From IMG/VR virus record IMGVR_UViG_3300032313_001465, positions 32,001-96,000 of that record: DNA of 64,000 bases. One strand, 5' to 3'. The first letter of the stretch is position 1. Every line of letters starts with the position of its first letter. Position numbers and translations under genes: made by a program. Under the pieces are notes generated by a model. The model ran no database searches. It worked only from the letters and a program-made list of their open reading frames with translations, and was not told the DNA's origin. Origin of the DNA: a virus. Positions 57,619 to 64,000 of this stretch are shown here, one piece after another.

Positions 57619-58272
57619 ATGGGATATCTTAACTCTTCTATTGTAACAATAGATGCAATTCTTACAACAAAAGGTAGACAGCTTTTAGCTAAAGGAGACG
57701 GCACTTTTAAAATAACTCAATTTGCATTAGCAGATGATGAAATTGATTATACATTATATAATCCGTCTCATCCATCTGGATCAGCATATTACGGTGAAGC
57801 TATTGAAAACATGCCTATTCTAGAAGCATTTCCCCAAGAAACACAAGTTATGAAATATAAACTTATAACTTTACCAAGAGGAACAGCAAAATTACCAATT
57901 CTAGATTTAGGTTATACTTCGATTGTTATTAAACAAGGAGCATCATTAGCAATTACTCCACAAACATTAAATTATTTAGGAGGAAACACATTTGAATCTA
58001 GTGGATATACGGCAACAATATCTGATGTTAGATTGATGCAAACATTTGAAGGTGTTGGTATTAATACACCTCAGGCAACATCTTTAAATTCGACAACAAC
58101 ATTGGGAACAAATGTATCTAAAACAGTTGTAGGTACTACAATCAACATTAGAGCAACAACCGTAAATACATTGTTTGGTTCTAATACCTCATTATATGCA
58201 ACTTTAACAGTTGAAGGACGTGATTCAGGGAGCCGTTTAACAATTCCAATTACTGTAACTCGAGTATCTTAA
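57619..58272 (+). CDS. Virion structural protein
   Basis: MGYL...DAILTTKGR...ITQFALADDEIDY..Y. Confidence 0.7.
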   Translation: MGYLNSSIVTIDAILTTKGRQLLAKGDGTFKITQFALADDEIDYTLYNPSHPSGSAYYGEAIENMPILEAFPQETQVMKYKLITLPRGTAKLPILDLGYTSIVIKQGASLAITPQTLNYLGGNTFESSGYTATISDVRLMQTFEGVGINTPQATSLNSTTTLGTNVSKTVVGTTINIRATTVNTLFGSNTSLYATLTVEGRDSGSRLTIPITVTRVS

Positions 58273-58304
58273 TAAAAATAATTAAATCAAAAATATATTA
58301 AAAA

Positions 58305-59345
58305 ATGAGCTTTAAAAGATTAGATGCAGAAGATTTTGTAGTTAGTTCGGATACTATTTCCGCTACTTTATGGTCATCAGCTTCCCCAACATTATCAACT
58401 TTCTTTACTTCATCCACCCAAGAAGCAGGATCCTCAGGTAATTATTATTTAAACATATACCAAACTTCATCATCAGATACTAGCGCAGCCATCCAATTTG
58501 CTTTAGCTTATGGAAATAACAATGGTAGTGGTAGTTTAAATTATAATAATGCGGTGAATGGAAGATCACCAACGTCAACTATATATGGTCAATATCAAAA
58601 CCTAGTGATAGGAGATGAAAACACAAATTTTGCTTTTGGTTCTGTAGTTTCAGATGAATTTTATGTTTTATCAATTGATAGAACAAGATATAAAGAGAAA
58701 TTATTATTAGGATCTTTAGCATTAACAATATCTGGTTCATCCGGTTCTATAACATTAACAGATAATAGCGCATATGTCCCTTCAATTTCATTTAATGAAG
58801 CAGGTAGAGTATTTCAATTAATTACAGGGTCTCAAGGATTAATAGGCCCTACTTCCGCAGGAAACACAGCAGATGGATATTCTAAGAACTCAGGATCTTA
58901 CGGTTGGTTCTTACCGGATATTGGAACTATAATTTTAAACTCTAAAGCATTAGCCGACTATGCTGTGAGTGGGGGCATAGGACTACAATATAGTGGTTCA
59001 TCAACAGGTTCAGTAACACCTAATAGAACTCCAAATGCAAGTTTATACACAGCCATAAGTGGAGGAGCCAATTTTAAATTAAATAGTCAAGAAACAATAA
59101 CTTCAGATTATATATTTATTAGAGCTAGAAATGCAGAATTTAATTATTCAGAAAATCCAAGTTACATCTCGGGTTCAACTGGAGAAATAGTATATAGTTC
59201 ATTTATTAATGCACCACAAACCTATATAACTACAGTTGGTCTTTATAATGATACTAATGAATTATTGGCTGTTGCAAAGATATCTAGACCTTTATTAAAA
59301 GACTTTACGAAAGAAGCACTTTTGAGGCTGAAGTTAGATTTTTAG
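58305..59345 (+). CDS. Virion structural protein (tail/baseplate)
   Basis: EFNYSENP, YITTVGLYNDxNELLAVAKxSxP. Confidence 0.7.
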   Translation: MSFKRLDAEDFVVSSDTISATLWSSASPTLSTFFTSSTQEAGSSGNYYLNIYQTSSSDTSAAIQFALAYGNNNGSGSLNYNNAVNGRSPTSTIYGQYQNLVIGDENTNFAFGSVVSDEFYVLSIDRTRYKEKLLLGSLALTISGSSGSITLTDNSAYVPSISFNEAGRVFQLITGSQGLIGPTSAGNTADGYSKNSGSYGWFLPDIGTIILNSKALADYAVSGGIGLQYSGSSTGSVTPNRTPNASLYTAISGGANFKLNSQETITSDYIFIRARNAEFNYSENPSYISGSTGEIVYSSFINAPQTYITTVGLYNDTNELLAVAKISRPLLKDFTKEALLRLKLDF

Positions 59346-59369
59346 TATATACTTATATAAAAATAATAT

Positions 59370-60320
59370 ATGAGTGCCTATAAACCATTTTTAGCATCTA
59401 ACATAATTGTTACTCCCTTTGAGGTAAATAAAAATTTTACATTCACTGGAAGTTTAACATCATCTATAGGTAGATATTTAGGTACAAATATTACAACATC
59501 CCTTTTTTCTCCAACAACTGACCCAACATCTAATGGTCAATATCAAAGATTAATTTATAATTCTATAAAAGAATTATATTATTCAAATTATTTGAGTTCA
59601 AGTTATGGAGATCCTGTTAATAGAGCTACTTTAATTCCTGGGAGAGATTCTGAAGGAGATAGATACGTAGGAAGTCCTCAAGCTCCAGGAATGTATGAAA
59701 ACTATCAACCCACAACATTAACATTCCCTAAAAATTTTCCAACGGCATCTAATAGTGAAATAGCTGTTATTTCAATTCCTTCCACTTATTACGGGAACTA
59801 CGTCAAGCCGTCTACATTCGTTTTTAAATGTCAGAGTGGTTCATTTTATGATGATGGAGAAGGAAATATAAAATCAGGTAGTATAAGCTTACCTTATTCT
59901 AAATCCTTATCTTATGGTAATATATTTTATGAACATGGGATAGCAATTATATATGGATTACCTTCACCATCATTATATAATATTACAAGCTCAGTTCAAA
60001 GTACAACTTGTTCATTCCAATCCTCTCTTACTATTTACGAAACTCAATATAAATGTACTATAAGAGAAAGTGAATTTAATTTTACATTAAATCCATCAGT
60101 AACTTCTGGAAGTACACCTATAACCGGGTCATTTTATAATTATTACCCTCCCTCAGAAAACTTAAATGATTTTGCTACAGGTTCAGTATTTCAACCTTAT
60201 ATAACTACTATTGGATTATATAATGATAATAAAGAATTATTAGCAATAGCTAAACTTGCTCAACCCTTACCCCTATCCAAAACAACGGATACGAATATCG
60301 TCGTATCATTGGATCGTTAA
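59370..60320 (+). CDS. Virion structural protein, paralogue of 58305
   Basis: DDGEGN, GNIFYEHG, EFNFTLNP, YITTIGLYNDxxELLAIAK. Confidence 0.7.
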   Translation: MSAYKPFLASNIIVTPFEVNKNFTFTGSLTSSIGRYLGTNITTSLFSPTTDPTSNGQYQRLIYNSIKELYYSNYLSSSYGDPVNRATLIPGRDSEGDRYVGSPQAPGMYENYQPTTLTFPKNFPTASNSEIAVISIPSTYYGNYVKPSTFVFKCQSGSFYDDGEGNIKSGSISLPYSKSLSYGNIFYEHGIAIIYGLPSPSLYNITSSVQSTTCSFQSSLTIYETQYKCTIRESEFNFTLNPSVTSGSTPITGSFYNYYPPSENLNDFATGSVFQPYITTIGLYNDNKELLAIAKLAQPLPLSKTTDTNIVVSLDR

Positions 60321-60333
60321 AAATAAATAAAAA

Positions 60334-60774
60334 ATGTGGTTATATAAAGAAAAAGAGGTTACATCTATATCAGATATGCCGGACAACACTTTTGGATTCA
60401 TATATCAAATAGTTCACTTAGAAACCGGTCAATTTTACATTGGACGTAAAAATCTCCAACTAAAAAAGACTAAAAAGATAGGAAAAAAAGCCCAAGCATT
60501 GCAAGAAGGAAAAGGACGTAAAAAAACTAAAGAAGTAAAATACGAAGAAAGTGACTGGATAACATATTGGTCATCTTCTAAAATAATACATAAAATGGTA
60601 GAGGAACAAGGCCCACAAGTATTTAGAAGAGAAATATTAGAATACGCATATCATCCTAAACAATTAAGTTTCTTAGAAGCTGAATATCAATTTAAAGCAG
60701 ATGTGTTACGCAACCCAAAAGCACTTAATGAAAATATACAAGCTAGATATTTTAGAAAAGATTTGGAGAACTAA
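60334..60774 (+). CDS. GIY-YIG endonuclease (T4 endo II/Seg-like)
   Basis: FGFIYQI...FYIGRK, ESDWxxYWSS, FRREIL. Confidence 0.8.
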   Translation: MWLYKEKEVTSISDMPDNTFGFIYQIVHLETGQFYIGRKNLQLKKTKKIGKKAQALQEGKGRKKTKEVKYEESDWITYWSSSKIIHKMVEEQGPQVFRREILEYAYHPKQLSFLEAEYQFKADVLRNPKALNENIQARYFRKDLEN

Positions 60775-60798
60775 AATATTATCATTATATTAATAAGC

Positions 60799-61731
60799 AT
60801 GACTAATCAGTTATTAATAAATCTAGTAAACTCAGTTTTGGGTGTTGGTAAAGCTACATCACGTAATAATTATGCTTATCATTGTCCGTTTTGCCATCAT
60901 AGTAAGAAGAAATTAGAAATTAACTTTACTGAAAATCAGGAGGGATTAAACCCATGGAATTGTTGGACTTGTCTTACTAAAGGTAAAAAAATATATAGTT
61001 TATTTAAAAAAATAGGGGTAGCTCCTGAGAAATATGATGAACTAAGAAAATTAGTTACGTCTACTTCTTCATTTAACCCCACCACTCAACCTATCCATAA
61101 ATTAGTATTACCTACTGAATTTAAATCATTGATTAATGTTCCTAAAAGTAATATAATTGCTAAACACGCTCTTTTATACCTTAAAAAACGAGGAGTAAAT
61201 GAACACGATATTATGAAACATAATATAGGATTTTGCGAATCCGGAGAATATAACAATATGATAATTATCCCATCATACGATGCAGATGGTAAAATTAATT
61301 ATTTTACAGCCCGTTCCTTTAATAAAGATTCATTTATAAAATTTAAAAATCCTGAAGTATCAAGAGATATAATAGCTAATGAATTATTTATAAATTGGGA
61401 TTTACCCATAATAATATGTGAGGGGATGTTTGATGCACTAGCAATTAAACGTAATGTTATTCCACTATTAGGAAAAAACATCCAAAATAGTTTAATGAAA
61501 AAATTAATCACTTCTAAAGTAAAAAAAATATATATAGCACTTGACAAAGATGCTATTAAACAATCTGTTAAGTTTTGTGAAAATCTAATTAATGAAGGAA
61601 AGGAAGTATATTTAGTAAAAATAGACGGAAAAGATCCAAGTGAATTAGGCTTCAATAGATTTACAGAATTAATTCAACATACAAACCCGTTAAGTTATTT
61701 TGATTTAATGGAAGCAAAATTATCATTATAA
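60799..61731 (+). CDS. DNA primase (Zn finger + TOPRIM)
   Basis: CPFC...CWTC, YLKKRG, IIIP, CEGMFDA, LDKD, KDPSE. Confidence 0.9.
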   Translation: MTNQLLINLVNSVLGVGKATSRNNYAYHCPFCHHSKKKLEINFTENQEGLNPWNCWTCLTKGKKIYSLFKKIGVAPEKYDELRKLVTSTSSFNPTTQPIHKLVLPTEFKSLINVPKSNIIAKHALLYLKKRGVNEHDIMKHNIGFCESGEYNNMIIIPSYDADGKINYFTARSFNKDSFIKFKNPEVSRDIIANELFINWDLPIIICEGMFDALAIKRNVIPLLGKNIQNSLMKKLITSKVKKIYIALDKDAIKQSVKFCENLINEGKEVYLVKIDGKDPSELGFNRFTELIQHTNPLSYFDLMEAKLSL

Positions 61732-62522
61732 TGTTAATAGAAAAAGATACACATGTTTATAAAAAAACAATCACAAGAATTCTAGAAATAGATCAAAAGG
61801 CAAAACAAGTTAATTTTTTAGACTCTCGTTTCTACAAAAGAAATAACTCATACTATCCTTCTATCACATCAGTATTACAATATTTTCCAAAAGGTAAATT
61901 TTTTGAAGACTGGATTAAGCAAGTAGGTTCTAATGCTGAACATATAGCATATAAATCAGCCAAAGAGGGTACTCATACACATGATGCTATTGAAAGATAT
62001 CTTAAAGGAGAAGAAATATTGTGGGTAAATGAATATGGTAATGCTAATTATTCCTTAGAAGTATGGAAAATGATATTAAGATTTGCTGATTTTTGGGAAA
62101 CATATAAACCAAAACTAATACATTCAGAAATACATCTCTTTTCAGACGTCCATAAAATAGCAGGTACCTGTGATTTAGTATTAGAAATAAATGGAAAAAT
62201 TTGGTTATTAGATATAAAAACATCAAACAATCTTCATACATCATATGATTTACAAACCGCGGCATATGCCGTATGTTGGAATGAAACATTTGAAGAAAAA
62301 ATAGAAAACACAGGCATAATATGGTTAAAATCAGGTAAAAGAGGACCTGATAAAAATCAGAAAATAATGTGTGGAAAGGGATGGGAAATCTATGAATCTC
62401 CTCGTTCTATTCAAGAAAATTGGAATTTCTTTTCAAGTATATTAGATATATATAGAATGGAAAACAAAAACAATAAACCCGCTTTTGAGTCATTTCCTAC
62501 CAGTGTAAAACTTAAAAATTAG
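61731..62522 (+). CDS. PD-(D/E)XK exonuclease
   Basis: YPSITSVL, GTxxH, AGTCD, DIKTS, QxAAY. Confidence 0.85.
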   Translation: MLIEKDTHVYKKTITRILEIDQKAKQVNFLDSRFYKRNNSYYPSITSVLQYFPKGKFFEDWIKQVGSNAEHIAYKSAKEGTHTHDAIERYLKGEEILWVNEYGNANYSLEVWKMILRFADFWETYKPKLIHSEIHLFSDVHKIAGTCDLVLEINGKIWLLDIKTSNNLHTSYDLQTAAYAVCWNETFEEKIENTGIIWLKSGKRGPDKNQKIMCGKGWEIYESPRSIQENWNFFSSILDIYRMENKNNKPAFESFPTSVKLKN

Positions 62523-62557
62523 ATTTAACTATTATATTATCTGTCATATTTATGGGT

Positions 62558-63316
62558 ATGATTAAATTACTAAGTCTTTTAAAAGAAATAAAAGGTAAAC
62601 CTAAAGCTATCTTTTTATCGGGTCCTGCAGGATCTGGGAAAACATTTATTTCTAAAAAATTAATCTCTTTAGACAAATTTCAAGTAATTAATATAGATGA
62701 TACTTATGAGGAACTATTAAAATCTTCGGGTATGGGGATGAATCAAAAGAATTTTAGTCCTGAAGAGTTATCTCAAGCTACTAAATTAATGGGTCGTGCT
62801 CAAGCAGTAACTAAAGAAAAATATGCTAAAGCACTTGAAGGATTAAACAATGTTATTATAGATGGTACAGGTGCTGCTTCAAAACCACTAATAAAGAAAA
62901 AATCAGAATTAGAAGCACTAGGATATGATACATTCATGTTAATAATTTGGACATCCCCTATAACTTCTTTATCTAGAAATGCAGAACGTGAACGTTCATT
63001 AATGCCAAGTATTGTGTTACGTACTTGGAGAGACATTAATAAAAATATAGATTTATATAAACAAGCATTTGGAGATAATATAGCTATAATCAATAATGAT
63101 CCTGAAGGTTTAGAAACCAAATTTGATGTTGAAGATATTAAGAAAAAATATTTTACAAAACAAATGGGAAAACCAAAAACACCTGCAGAGCAAGAAAAAT
63201 CTAAAAAAGAAACAGAACAGTTGAATAAAGATATAGAACAATTTATTAAAGAAAAACCACAATTCAACACCTTATCAGACGCTCAATCCAAAATAAATAA
63301 ATTCATAAACAGCTAA
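62558..63316 (+). CDS. Zeta-toxin-like/AAA_33 P-loop kinase with MIKLLSLLKE leader
   Basis: KAIFLSGPAGSGKT, INIDD, IIDGTG, RNAERER. Confidence 0.75.
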   Translation: MIKLLSLLKEIKGKPKAIFLSGPAGSGKTFISKKLISLDKFQVINIDDTYEELLKSSGMGMNQKNFSPEELSQATKLMGRAQAVTKEKYAKALEGLNNVIIDGTGAASKPLIKKKSELEALGYDTFMLIIWTSPITSLSRNAERERSLMPSIVLRTWRDINKNIDLYKQAFGDNIAIINNDPEGLETKFDVEDIKKKYFTKQMGKPKTPAEQEKSKKETEQLNKDIEQFIKEKPQFNTLSDAQSKINKFINS

Positions 63317-63852
63317 TGATAAAACTTTTAGACCTCTTACGCGAAGAAAAACTAAATATTCTTAAACCTAGACGTTCCCCGGAAGAACGCCAATCTAACT
63401 TTCTTATTATAACCAATAAGAAAATTGAACAGTACATGAAGGATGGAGGCAAAGGTGATCTTGATTTAGCTAATACTAAAATTACCTCACTACCAAATGG
63501 TCTAAAGGTTGGCGGTTTTCTGGATTTAAGAAATTCTTCCATCACTACATTACCAAATGGTTTAACGGTTGGAGATTATCTTTATTTAAGAGATACTAAA
63601 ATTACATCATTACCCAATGATTTAACGGTTGGGGGTGAACTTGATTTAGCTAATATTAAAATTACTTCATTACCAAATGATCTAACGGTTAGGGGTGATC
63701 TTAATTTAAGAGATACTAAAATTACATCATTACCAAATGGTCTAACAGTTGGAGGTAATCTTGATTTAGAAAATACTCCAATAAGTAAAAAACATTCCGA
63801 AGAAGAAATTAAAAAAATGGTTCCGGGAGTAAAAGGCAATATTTATATATAA
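63316..63852 (+). CDS. Leucine-rich repeat protein with MIKLLDLLRE leader
   Basis: About 5.5 repeats of 20 aa LxLxxTxITSLPxxLxVxG (60-bp DNA repeats, about 63457-63783). Confidence 0.85.
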   Translation: MIKLLDLLREEKLNILKPRRSPEERQSNFLIITNKKIEQYMKDGGKGDLDLANTKITSLPNGLKVGGFLDLRNSSITTLPNGLTVGDYLYLRDTKITSLPNDLTVGGELDLANIKITSLPNDLTVRGDLNLRDTKITSLPNGLTVGGNLDLENTPISKKHSEEEIKKMVPGVKGNIYI

Positions 63853-63863
63853 ACATAAAACAA

Positions 63864-64000
63864 ATGAAAAAATCAGAATTAAGACAAATTATTAAAGAGG
63901 AAATTAGTAAGGTGTTGAGTGAGATACAAACACCAATAGCTAATAAAACAGACAAATTTTTATTATATAGAAAGCCATCATCTTCCCCTAGTCCGGGTCA
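63864..64000 (+). CDS. Partial ORF with MKKSELRQIIKEE leader
   Basis: Runs off window; ATATTTAT upstream. Confidence 0.6.
   Translation, partial: MKKSELRQIIKEEISKVLSEIQTPIANKTDKFLLYRKPSSSPSPG

Noticed and set aside
4879-63839. Minus-strand ORFs in the track (for example 8428, 9762, 29588, 39914, 49409, 62800)
   Set aside because: Antisense shadows of + strand genes, tRNAs or promoter elements, with no recognisable motifs.
1-64000. Stop-codon reassignment
   Set aside because: Long genes are intact in the standard code, TAG and TGA end genes normally, and no suppressor tRNA is seen.

Overview
The window is a 64-kb AT-rich segment of a large tailed (myovirus-like) phage genome. Essentially all credible genes are on the + strand. 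A Bacteroidota (Flavobacteria-like) host is inferred from TTTG-N20-TAnnTTG promoters and A-rich, mostly SD-less start regions. Layout: (1) 1-7.7 kb, sugar-nucleotide, methyltransferase and glycosyltransferase cluster. (2) 7.7-39.8 kb, accessory/early region of many small genes, including DNA ligase, an RNA ligase-kinase-phosphoesterase trio, thyA, two DUF932 genes, AT-hook proteins and several paralogue families. It is punctuated by 18 copies of a fixed-length 66-bp promoter element with tandem Pho-box-like GTCAT repeats. (3) 39.8-42.1 kb, tRNA-Glu/Gln/fMet, tmRNA and a GH19 lysis cassette. (4) 42-64 kb, homing endonucleases, HD protein, late sigma-like factor, baseplate/tail genes, primase, exonuclease and probable capsid-internal proteins. 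The most unusual signal is a family of five tRNA-framed RNAs (11305, 11491, 29474, 29605, 31962). They have a conserved acceptor stem and T-arm plus a D-arm-like element, but completely different, folded, enlarged interiors where the anticodon and variable arms should be. Other unexplained structured RNAs lie next to them. All product calls come from motif recognition by eye; no database searches were run.
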